The notes under the pieces are model-generated. The model saw only the letters and a list, made by a program, of their open reading frames with translations, had not been told where the DNA came from and made no database searches. From Gammaproteobacteria bacterium (lineage in GTDB: Bacteria > Pseudomonadota > Gammaproteobacteria > Steroidobacterales > Woeseiaceae): a DNA stretch of 64,000 nt. A program made the position numbers and the translations under genes. Position 1 is the stretch's first letter; each line of letters opens with the position of its first letter. Of the stretch, positions 8,898 through 17,033 are shown piece by piece. The stretch covers positions 6,446-70,445 of the forward strand of contig JAACFB010000011.1 in assembly GCA_009937615.1 (NCBI GenBank). The letters are read 5' to 3'.

Positions 8898-10238
8898 GTG
8901 ATTGAGACGATGGACACGATTGTTGCGGCGGCGACCCCGCCCGGTGTTGGCGGCATCAGCGTCGTACGCATCTCCGGCCCTGCGGCGGAAGCCATTGCGA
9001 GCGCCATGCTTGGCAGTCTACCGGAACCGCGACGGGCTACGCACCTGGCCTTTTTCGGAGCACGGGGAGAACAAATTGATTCCGGTATCGCGCTGTACTT
9101 CCCAGCGCCGGGCTCATTTACGGGCGAGCCGGTTTTGGAATTACAGGGTCATGGCGGACCTGTCGTAGTCGGGCTGCTTGTGGATGCCGCCGTGGCGCTC
9201 GGCGCCCGGCTCGCCGAACCGGGCGAATTTACGCGGCGGGCGTTTCTCAATGACCGGCTGGATCTCGCCCAGGCAGAGGCGGTGGCCGACCTGATTTCGA
9301 GCGGGACGGAACAGGCGGCACGCGCTGCGCTGCGAACGCTGACCGGCGCGTTTTCGACGGAGGTCGACGCCCTGGTCGAGCAGCTGACGCGGCTGCGCAT
9401 CTACGTCGAGGCGGCGATTGACTTCCCCGAGGAGGACATCGATTTCCTGGCCGATGCCGACCTCGCAGCCCGAATCGAGACATGCGCGAGCGCATTTGCA
9501 GCGCTGATGCAAAAAACAAGCAGCGGCCGAGTGCTAAGAGACGGCTACCGGGTCGTAATCGTCGGTAAACCCAATGCGGGCAAGTCCAGCCTGTTGAACT
9601 ACCTGAGCGGAGAAGACGCGGCGATCGTCACCGAGCTGGCCGGCACGACGCGCGACATTCTTCGTGAGCAGATCAACATCGATGGCCTGGCCGTAGAGCT
9701 CGTGGACACCGCCGGGCTTCGTGAAAATCCAGACCGGATCGAGGAGGAGGGCATCAGGAGGGCTCGCGAGGCCATCAGAAGCGCCGATGCCGTGCTCTGG
9801 ATCCAGGACGCGACGGAGGCGAGCAACGTGGAACCCGACGAGGAAATTCCGAGAGGCGCCCAGGTCATTGTTGTGCGCAACAAGATCGACCTGACCAGCG
9901 ACGCGCCGAGCGAACCTGGCGACAATTGCGGCGTCGTCAACCTGTCTGCAAAAACCGGCGCGGGCGTCGACGCACTGCATGCCCGGATTCGGGATCTCGC
10001 GGGCTATCGACACTTCGGCGAAGGCGCGGTCACTGCGCGCAAGCGGCATGTTGATGCCTTAAGGCGCGCGTTAAAGCACTTCGAAGCCGGACGCAAAGCG
10101 CTCGCCGACAGCCGCGCCGGCGAGCTTTTCGCCGAAGAGCTGCGCCTGGCGCAAAACGCGCTCGGCGAGATTACGGGCACCGTTTCTTCCGACGACCTGC
10201 TCGGCAGAATCTTCGCCGACTTCTGTATCGGCAAGTAG
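8898..10238 (+). CDS. mnmE: tRNA uridine-5-carboxymethylaminomethyl modification GTPase MnmE
   Basis: The ORF starts at GTG 8898; the ATG at 8910 gives MDTIVAAATPPG and is the likelier start. It has the G-domain motifs GKPNAGKSSLLN and DTAG, and the C-terminal CIGK motif. Confidence 0.93.
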   Translation: MIETMDTIVAAATPPGVGGISVVRISGPAAEAIASAMLGSLPEPRRATHLAFFGARGEQIDSGIALYFPAPGSFTGEPVLELQGHGGPVVVGLLVDAAVALGARLAEPGEFTRRAFLNDRLDLAQAEAVADLISSGTEQAARAALRTLTGAFSTEVDALVEQLTRLRIYVEAAIDFPEEDIDFLADADLAARIETCASAFAALMQKTSSGRVLRDGYRVVIVGKPNAGKSSLLNYLSGEDAAIVTELAGTTRDILREQINIDGLAVELVDTAGLRENPDRIEEEGIRRAREAIRSADAVLWIQDATEASNVEPDEEIPRGAQVIVVRNKIDLTSDAPSEPGDNCGVVNLSAKTGAGVDALHARIRDLAGYRHFGEGAVTARKRHVDALRRALKHFEAGRKALADSRAGELFAEELRLAQNALGEITGTVSSDDLLGRIFADFCIGK

Positions 10239-10411
10239 GCTGCGGTATTGGAACCTGTTCCGCTTCGGCCGCGCATGGATTGCCAGGGTAAGCGCTTCGG
10301 ACAAGCTAAAGAGACAGTCTCAATTTGCGCGCTGCCTTGCGCGGCAGCCTACCTAGGAAAGAAGTTTCCCGGAGACGGGGTACGCTCGAGGGATTGGCGG
10401 TCGAAGACCGC

Positions 10412-11836
10412 CTAGTCCGCCGCTACGGTGGATTCGTCCGGGGGAGGTCGGAACCGTGGCTCGGTCATCGACATCTCGGTTACCGGCCCGTACTTCGCGA
10501 CGTCTTCGCGAATCGCCTGGGCGTCACCGAGGATAACGAAAACGAGATTGTCGGCGGCCGGGTAGGCGCTCGTAATCACGCCTTGGATCGTTTCACCGTC
10601 GGCCGATGCGATGGCGTCGCCGTAGGCATTGATATGCGAGTCGTCGAGCCCGTAGGCCTCGAGCTCGGCGAACTGGGCCGCGAGCTGCGCGCCCGTTTCG
10701 AGCCGCTGTGGGAACAGGCCGAGGATGTAATTCTTACCCGACGCGATCGTTTCTTCGTCGAAACCTTCGGCCCGCATCTTTTCGAGCAGATCGAGCGCAA
10801 GATCGATGGCGGTCGTGGTTGTGTCTGTCTTGGTGAACGAGCTGATCGCGATCGAACCCGGCCGGGAGGGCCTGCGAACCCGGGTTCCGGCGCCGTAGGT
10901 CAGACCGGCCTTGGTCCTGAGCTCGCTCTGGAGCAGCGACGTCATGCGCCCACCGAACAGCGTGTCGGCGATGTCGAATTCGGCTCGCTGCGCATAGTTG
11001 ATCGCGATACCGATATTGCCAACCCAGAAATAACTTTGTGTTGAACCCGGTTTGTCGATGAGCAGGACGCGACGACCTGAAACCGGTTCCGCTGCTTCGA
11101 CATCGGGTAGCGGTGCGTTTGCAGGCTCCCAGTCCTCGAAAGCCGCGCGCAGTTTCTCAGCCATGGCCCCGGCTTCGAAATCGCCCACGACGGCGACGAT
11201 CAGCCGGTCCGCCCCGACATGGTCTCGATAGTAGCGGGTCAGGTCGCCGTGGCGGATGCGGGCCAGGGATTCTTCGCTGCCGATTTGCGGCGTCCCGTAC
11301 GGGTGGTCGGCAAACAGGAAGGCGTTCCCGTAGATGCTCATCAGCGATCGCGGGTCCCCGTCCTTTGCCGCACGGATCTGGTTAATCTGCCGGTCCCGCA
11401 GTTTGACCGATTCGCGGGCATCGAGGCGGGGCCTGCGCAACATGTCGCCAAGCAGCTCGATCATGAGGTCGGCGTCACGTGACATGAACTCTCCCGACAC
11501 TCTGATCACTTCGAGATTCGCCCTTGCCGACAAGGCCGCGCCGACCGAGTCGATAGCGTCGGCAAACTGCCCTGCATCGCGGTCCCCGGCACCCTTTTCC
11601 ATGACGTTCGCAAGCAGGTTTGCCAGCCCACCCCTGTCTTCTGGATCAGCAACGGCGCCACCACGTATGACGGCCTCGACGCCGATCAACGGCACATCGT
11701 GCTTCTCGCTCAAAATCAGCACGGCACCGTTGTCGAGCTCGATACGTGTCGCATCGGGCAGCGTCACGCCCTGAGCCCACGCTCCGGCAACCGCGAAATA
11801 AAGACCAAGCAGGCAGCCGGGGCGGCGCAACATCAC
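10412..11836 (-). CDS. M16-family peptidase-like protein, non-catalytic subunit, secreted
   Basis: 474 aa with a signal peptide (AGAWA/QG). It has M16 architecture, but the zinc-motif position reads GLANLLANVMEKG where the partner has GLSHFFEHMMFLG. Its start overlaps the upstream stop (GTGATG at 11831-11836). Confidence 0.8.
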   Translation of the reverse strand: MMLRRPGCLLGLYFAVAGAWAQGVTLPDATRIELDNGAVLILSEKHDVPLIGVEAVIRGGAVADPEDRGGLANLLANVMEKGAGDRDAGQFADAIDSVGAALSARANLEVIRVSGEFMSRDADLMIELLGDMLRRPRLDARESVKLRDRQINQIRAAKDGDPRSLMSIYGNAFLFADHPYGTPQIGSEESLARIRHGDLTRYYRDHVGADRLIVAVVGDFEAGAMAEKLRAAFEDWEPANAPLPDVEAAEPVSGRRVLLIDKPGSTQSYFWVGNIGIAINYAQRAEFDIADTLFGGRMTSLLQSELRTKAGLTYGAGTRVRRPSRPGSIAISSFTKTDTTTTAIDLALDLLEKMRAEGFDEETIASGKNYILGLFPQRLETGAQLAAQFAELEAYGLDDSHINAYGDAIASADGETIQGVITSAYPAADNLVFVILGDAQAIREDVAKYGPVTEMSMTEPRFRPPPDESTVAAD

Positions 11837-13503
11837 TCTTCTTCCTCTGCTGCGGGCGCGCGCAGCACGCCGACCGTCATGTTGTTGGCGCGAAATACTT
11901 TCGCGGCGACAGCCTGCAGGTCCTGGAGCGTGACGGAGCCGACCCTGTCCGGCAGGCTGAACAGCTTTTCGTAACTGCCGTGAAACACTTCATAACGGCC
12001 CAGCGCCCAAGCCTTGCCGTCAATCGTCGCAAGAGTACGCCAGTAATCGGCGAGCATGACATTGCGCGCCTTGACGAGCTCGGATTCGCTTACGCCATCG
12101 TCGGCGACGCGCTGCAGCTCTTCGAGCACGCGTTGCTCGACAGCGGAATAGTCGCCGTCGGGCGGCAGGGTCAGGTAGAAGTAGGTTAGCCCGGGATCGA
12201 AACCTTCGTCCTGCCAGGCGCCGACCGATACTGCGATACCTTCTTCCTCGACCAGCAGCCGGTGCAGCCGGGACGAGTCACCATCGGTCAGTATGCTGAG
12301 CAGGAGACTCATCGGCAGCGTTTCGGGATCCGCGGCACGACCCGAGTGAAACGCGAGATGCAAAAGCGGCGTCTGCGCCGCCGCTTCCACGACGATCCGT
12401 CGCTCGCCTTGCTGCTCGGGCTCCACCGCACGCACGGGCGGCGGCGGCTCTGCGGCCTTGGCCGGCGCAAAGTGCTTGTCGGCAAGCTTGAATGCCTCTC
12501 TCGTCGTGACGTCACCGGTAATGATTACGACGCGGTTGTTCGGCGCGTAGTACGTCTCGAAGAAGCTCTCGAGGTCCTCCTGCGTCCATGCCTCGATATC
12601 GGATGGCCAGCCGATTACCGAGAACTGGTAAGGGTGTGCAACAAAAGCCGTTGCGTACATCTGCTCGTGCAGGCGCCAGAAATTGTTCGCGTCAATACTC
12701 GAACGTCGCTCCGAAAAAACGACCTGGCGCTCGGTTTCCACATACTCCGGGTACGGCGCCATGTTTTCGAAACGGTCACCCTCGAGCTCGAAGATCGTTT
12801 CTAGCGCCGAGCGGGGAAACCAGTCCTGGTAAACCGTGACATCACTCGACGTATAAGCATTGTTGGCACCCCCGGCGGCCTCCATGATCGTGTCGAACTC
12901 ACCCGGCGCGCGCTTGTCGGTGCCGAGGAACATCATGTGCTCGAAAAAATGCGACAGGCCCGTGAGGCTCGGACGCTCGTTACGGGCGCCTGCGCGCACG
13001 AACGTGTACATGACGACGTTGGGAATATCCTGATCCGGCCAGACGATGACCTTCAGGCCGTTGTCGAGGTTCAGGCTGCGGATGTCAGGGGGCGTTTTCA
13101 CCCTGCTCGGCGGATCTCCCTCGGGCGGGCCGAAAACAGGAACGGCGGGAAACTCGAAGGTCGGCATGAAGCGTTCACCGAGCAGCGCGAGCGCGCCGAG
13201 CACGAGCAATACGCAGACCGCAGCGTTCAGCTTTTGCCCGGTCTTGTAAACGATCGACTGCGTCTGGTCGACGTCGACGGCCTTCCTCAGGCCCGACGGC
13301 GTGATCTCATAAGCCCAGGCAAAAAACAGCGCAACCGGCAGACCAATAGCGAGCAAGATCACCACGACGGTCTCGGCCCAGACGGGCAGCCCGATGGTCT
13401 CCCCCGTGTGCCTTACAAACCACAGGGTCAGCCAGCTGGCGACTATGTATAGCAGCGCAACCTTGAGAACATTGCGCCGCCTGAGTTCGGCGAACAAAGC
13501 CAT
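11833..13503 (-). CDS. M16-family zinc metallopeptidase (pitrilysin-like) with an N-terminal multi-TM extension
   Basis: 556 aa. It has the HFFEH (HxxEH) zinc motif and a downstream Glu region (GGANNAYTSSDVTVY). The first ~125 aa carry three predicted TM helices (FAELRRRNVLKVALLYIVASWL...). Confidence 0.85.
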   Translation of the reverse strand: MALFAELRRRNVLKVALLYIVASWLTLWFVRHTGETIGLPVWAETVVVILLAIGLPVALFFAWAYEITPSGLRKAVDVDQTQSIVYKTGQKLNAAVCVLLVLGALALLGERFMPTFEFPAVPVFGPPEGDPPSRVKTPPDIRSLNLDNGLKVIVWPDQDIPNVVMYTFVRAGARNERPSLTGLSHFFEHMMFLGTDKRAPGEFDTIMEAAGGANNAYTSSDVTVYQDWFPRSALETIFELEGDRFENMAPYPEYVETERQVVFSERRSSIDANNFWRLHEQMYATAFVAHPYQFSVIGWPSDIEAWTQEDLESFFETYYAPNNRVVIITGDVTTREAFKLADKHFAPAKAAEPPPPVRAVEPEQQGERRIVVEAAAQTPLLHLAFHSGRAADPETLPMSLLLSILTDGDSSRLHRLLVEEEGIAVSVGAWQDEGFDPGLTYFYLTLPPDGDYSAVEQRVLEELQRVADDGVSESELVKARNVMLADYWRTLATIDGKAWALGRYEVFHGSYEKLFSLPDRVGSVTLQDLQAVAAKVFRANNMTVGVLRAPAAEEEE

Positions 13504-13512
13504 GGGGGAATC

Positions 13513-14691
13513 CTACCCCAGCAAGCCCTCGCGACGATACAGCCGGGCACAGATCCAGGTCAGCAGCGCGCCGATGGCCAGGGTGCTGGTCACGGAAATT
13601 GCCACGTGCAGCAGGTTGACAGGCTCGTTCTTGACCATATCGACGAGCAGCAGGTGTTGGCTGAGGCTCGGCACGAACATGAACGCGAGCTGGGGCCGCA
13701 GCGTCAGGATGCTGACGATGAGAATAGGCAGAGTCGGGGCGATGAGGACGATGCTGAGCCACGTCTGGGCCTCTTTGTAACTCTTCGTAAAAGACGCTAC
13801 GAGCGTCATGATCGACGCGCCGAGCAGCGCGAATGGTATGAGTATGAGAAATGCGCAAACGACAACCAGCGGACTGAAATTCGGGGTCATTCCGAGCTGC
13901 TCAAACGGCATGAACTTCAGGGCGACATAAAAAGAACACAGGCTCAGCATCAGCGACAGGGCCATGAAAAGACAGGCCGCCGCGATCTTGCCCAGCATCA
14001 GCTGATCGCGCGTGACCGGCAGCGCAAGAAGCGGCTCAAGCGAGCCGCGCTCACGCTCCCCGGCCGTTGTATCGATGGCGAGATACATTCCACCCATCAA
14101 CAGGGCGAAAATAAAAAAGTAACTCATCATGCCGAGGAGAATTGCCGAGCGACCACTCGGAGTGGAGACGTCGACGTCGTCGACATTGATGGCCCGGATT
14201 ACGAGCGGGCTGACGCCGCGAGCGACGAGCCTGATTGCGGCGATTTCCAGCGCATATTCCTCCAGCGCTCCTCGCGCACGCCGCGCGTCGCGCTCGGCCT
14301 GGGTGTTCGCCTGATCCGAAATGACCTCGACACGGGCCGGGATGCCATCAGCAAGCTGTGCCGGGAATTCTTCGGGAATAACGACAACAACATCGAGCGA
14401 ACCATTGTCCACGGCGGCGATAGCCGCCTCGCGGTCCGCCGGACCCGCCACCACCTCGAGGTTGCGGCTTCCCAGGTAGCGAACGAGGTTGGGCGCCCGT
14501 TCGGCGCCGATGACCGCAAGCTCGAGCGGTCGATCCGCATCCGACAGCGACCGCTCAATCGAGAGACTGATCACGAAAGCGAACAGCATGGGTCCAAACA
14601 GCGGGCCCATGACAAGAGCGGATACGAGAGTACGGCGGTCGCGGAAATTGTCGAGAATTTCCTTGGCAAAGACGACGAGCAGGGTGCTCAC
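13513..14691 (-). CDS. ABC-2 type (NatB-like) transporter permease
   Basis: 392 aa with a GTG start. TM1 is followed by a ~150-aa extracytoplasmic loop and then five or more TM helices. The start overlaps the ATPase stop by 1 nt (TAGTG). Confidence 0.8.
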   Translation of the reverse strand: MSTLLVVFAKEILDNFRDRRTLVSALVMGPLFGPMLFAFVISLSIERSLSDADRPLELAVIGAERAPNLVRYLGSRNLEVVAGPADREAAIAAVDNGSLDVVVVIPEEFPAQLADGIPARVEVISDQANTQAERDARRARGALEEYALEIAAIRLVARGVSPLVIRAINVDDVDVSTPSGRSAILLGMMSYFFIFALLMGGMYLAIDTTAGERERGSLEPLLALPVTRDQLMLGKIAAACLFMALSLMLSLCSFYVALKFMPFEQLGMTPNFSPLVVVCAFLILIPFALLGASIMTLVASFTKSYKEAQTWLSIVLIAPTLPILIVSILTLRPQLAFMFVPSLSQHLLLVDMVKNEPVNLLHVAISVTSTLAIGALLTWICARLYRREGLLG

Positions 14692-15419
14692 TATTCGGCC
14701 TCCACGAGCTTTATCGCGTGCACGAACGCGTCTTCAAGGTCGTCGCATCCGGTCTGATTACGAATGCCTTCGGCGGAAGCGGACATCGCGACCTTACCCG
14801 CTGCGATGATGACAATGTCGTCGCAAAGCGCGGCGACTTCCTGCATGACGTGACTTGAAAACAGAACACAGCGACCGGCGGATCTCAGTTTCAATATCAG
14901 GTGGCGCAACGAGCGCGTCGCCATCACGTCAAGCCCGTTGGTCGGCTCGTCGAGGATGATGTTCTGCGGGTCGTGAACCAGCGCTCGCGCCAGCGCTACC
15001 TTGGTTCGCTGGCCCTGCGAGAAGCCCTTGGTGCGGCGATCTGCAAAGTCCTGGATTTCCAGTAACTCGATAATGCCGGCGACCTTGGCCTCGATGCAGT
15101 TCTTGTCGAGACCGCAGAGACGGGCGTAGTAAGCGATGTTTTCACGGGCGGTCAGGTGTGGATACAGGCCCGCGCCGTGCGGCAGGGCACCAATACGCTG
15201 CCGTGCGCCGAGACTGTCGGCAACCACATCTACGCCGTCGATGCGGGCAGTGCCGGCATCGGGCTTGAGGACCGTGTACAGCACGCGCAGGGTTGTTGAT
15301 TTGCCCGCGCCGTTCGGGCCGAGAAGGCCGGTGATCTTGCCGTCTGGCGCATCGAAACTGACGCCGCGCAGGGCACGCACGGCGCCGAACGCCTTGTGAA
15401 TGTCGTTGACGACGATCAC
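14691..15419 (-). CDS. ABC transporter ATP-binding protein (NatA-like)
   Basis: The track ORF extends to 15836, but the homologous region starts at GTG 15419 (MIVVNDIHKAFG). It has Walker A GPNGAGKST, the signature FSQGQRTKV and Walker B IILDEP. Its GTG overlaps the upstream TGA (GTGA). Confidence 0.88.
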   Translation of the reverse strand: MIVVNDIHKAFGAVRALRGVSFDAPDGKITGLLGPNGAGKSTTLRVLYTVLKPDAGTARIDGVDVVADSLGARQRIGALPHGAGLYPHLTARENIAYYARLCGLDKNCIEAKVAGIIELLEIQDFADRRTKGFSQGQRTKVALARALVHDPQNIILDEPTNGLDVMATRSLRHLILKLRSAGRCVLFSSHVMQEVAALCDDIVIIAAGKVAMSASAEGIRNQTGCDDLEDAFVHAIKLVEAE

Positions 15420-16873
15420 GGCATCGGCCCGGAAAAGTCGATGAAGAAGGGCATCGCAAAGGCATCGGCGAGACAGTCTGCCGCGTTGTCCTCGAGCGCC
15501 ATCGACGTTACGAAGCCGGCAAGAATGCGGGGCACGCAACCGACGGAAACAAGTCCGTGGCCCTGATTCCGGCCGGTGAGCAACCACGCCCTGGACAAAC
15601 TGGCGGCGGCCAGCTCGGCGTAAGCCGGCGGCGTTATCGGGTCGGCCTCGCCCGACAGCAGCAGCACGGGCACATCCGTCGATAGCGGCTCTCGCAGGTC
15701 GGGGTCGAGTACGCCAACCGGCCAGACGGAACACATGGTCCGGATCGCCTCGAGCTGCAGTGGCCCGAGATAACTGCCATCCAGCGCCTCGTAATCGACA
15801 GCGCCCCAGTCGATGAAGGGCACGTCCTCCGTGCACATGACCGCGTTATGCATGCCGATGCTTAGCGATTCGGTCAGCGACGTCACGACCATCTGGAATT
15901 GCGCGGTCAGGGGAACGTAGTTGCCGTTTGCCGCCGCATCAATCAGCAGCGGCAGGAGCGCGATCGTCCGCGGGTCATACAGCAACAAACGAACGGCCGC
16001 GCCAAGCTGATCGCCGCCAAACTCAACAACGTCGGGCTGCGCGGTGAGCGGATCAGCGAGCTCGACGAACACCGGGTTGTCTTTGAGTGCCGCCTGCAGC
16101 CGGTCGAAATCGTCGCGTACCGTCGGGAAACGTCGACGGCAGTCAGCGTCGTTACTGCAGCGGTCGAATACGCGGTCAATCGCTCGCTGTGATTCGATGG
16201 CGATATCGGGCCCAAGCGGTAACTGCGGAGGCACCACGCCGTCGATGATGACGGTCCGGGTCGAGTCCGGGTAGCGGCGGGCATAGTGCTGAGCAACGCG
16301 GGTCCCGTAGGAAATGCCGTAAAGATTAAGGGCGCTATAGTTAAGCGCTTCACGCACTGCTTCAAGGTCAGTGACGGCAATGCTGGTCGTGAAAAACCGC
16401 GGGTCGTGCGGCAGCTCTTCGAGACATTCCGTGACAGCCTGAAGCGTCTGCTCGTCCGAGTACTTGCCCTCCACGATGTCATCGTCGACAGCGCAAGTCA
16501 GCGACGCCGAGTCGCCGGTGCCGCGCTGGTCGATCAGCAGAATATCCCGGTCACGGCGCACGCGCTCGAATGCGGTGTAAAGGCTGGCGTAGAAAGAAAC
16601 CGTTGACTGGCCGGGGCCGCCCGCTATGGGCACCAGCGGGTCGGGCTCAGGCTCGAGACTTAGTGCCGGCACGACGGCAACGTTCAGGTCGATTGTCGAA
16701 GATTCCGGGTCGGTGGGATCGAGGGGCCGCGCGATCGTGCCGCAGCGCGCGTCGATGCTCGGATACCCGGGGCCAGCGTTGATTCGACAGTCGCTGAGTT
16801 CGAGCGCCGACTGGCCTGAAGCGGCCACCGATATCGAAAACATCAGGGTTGCGATAACAGTTGATCGAAGCAT
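15416..16873 (-). CDS. secreted alpha/beta-hydrolase peptidase, S33 tripeptidyl/prolyl aminopeptidase (TAP-like) family
   Basis: It has the GISYGT nucleophile elbow, a C-terminal TAP-like region with GRNQGHG, and a signal peptide (MLRSTVIATLMFSISVAASGQS) from the ATG at 16873. The track ORF starts 18 codons earlier, at 16927. Confidence 0.75.
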   Translation of the reverse strand: MLRSTVIATLMFSISVAASGQSALELSDCRINAGPGYPSIDARCGTIARPLDPTDPESSTIDLNVAVVPALSLEPEPDPLVPIAGGPGQSTVSFYASLYTAFERVRRDRDILLIDQRGTGDSASLTCAVDDDIVEGKYSDEQTLQAVTECLEELPHDPRFFTTSIAVTDLEAVREALNYSALNLYGISYGTRVAQHYARRYPDSTRTVIIDGVVPPQLPLGPDIAIESQRAIDRVFDRCSNDADCRRRFPTVRDDFDRLQAALKDNPVFVELADPLTAQPDVVEFGGDQLGAAVRLLLYDPRTIALLPLLIDAAANGNYVPLTAQFQMVVTSLTESLSIGMHNAVMCTEDVPFIDWGAVDYEALDGSYLGPLQLEAIRTMCSVWPVGVLDPDLREPLSTDVPVLLLSGEADPITPPAYAELAAASLSRAWLLTGRNQGHGLVSVGCVPRILAGFVTSMALEDNAADCLADAFAMPFFIDFSGPMP

Positions 16874-17033
16874 GCAGGCTCTTGGTGACCGTGAAGCGGC
16901 GGTATCTTGTCTATATGCCGCAGGCAAGTAAAGGGCACAGGTCCCGAAAAACCGGAGCGCATGGCTGGCGGCGGCCCCTGTCTGCGACTAAAATGCCTCG
17001 CCTCGCAGACAGACGTTGCTCATCGACTGCCCA

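Noticed and set aside
9856-9871. AACGTGGAAC half-site resembling parS (similar half-sites occur near 54670 and 61446)
   Set aside because: Only one arm of the palindrome matches, so it is unlikely to bind a ParB dimer specifically.
10300-10411. Short hairpins (GCTGCC-TTGCGC-GGCAGC near 10331-10348, and GGCGGTC-GAA-GACCGCC at 10396-10412) between the convergent mnmE and M16 genes
   Set aside because: The stems are only 6-7 bp and lack adjacent T-runs, which is too weak to call as terminators or REP elements.
13606-14757. 383-aa plus-strand ORF
   Set aside because: It is antisense to the ABC-2 permease. The product is extremely Arg/Glu/Asp/His-rich with no recognisable motif.
15157-15165. TGTGGATAC, an 8/9 DnaA-box match
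   Set aside because: It is isolated, lies inside the ABC ATPase coding sequence, and is not in an AT-rich context.
15420-15836. 139-codon N-terminal extension of the ABC ATPase ORF
   Set aside because: It overlaps the 3' end of the S33 peptidase gene in another frame and is Arg/Ala-rich. The ABC homology starts at GTG 15419, which forms a GTGA coupling overlap.
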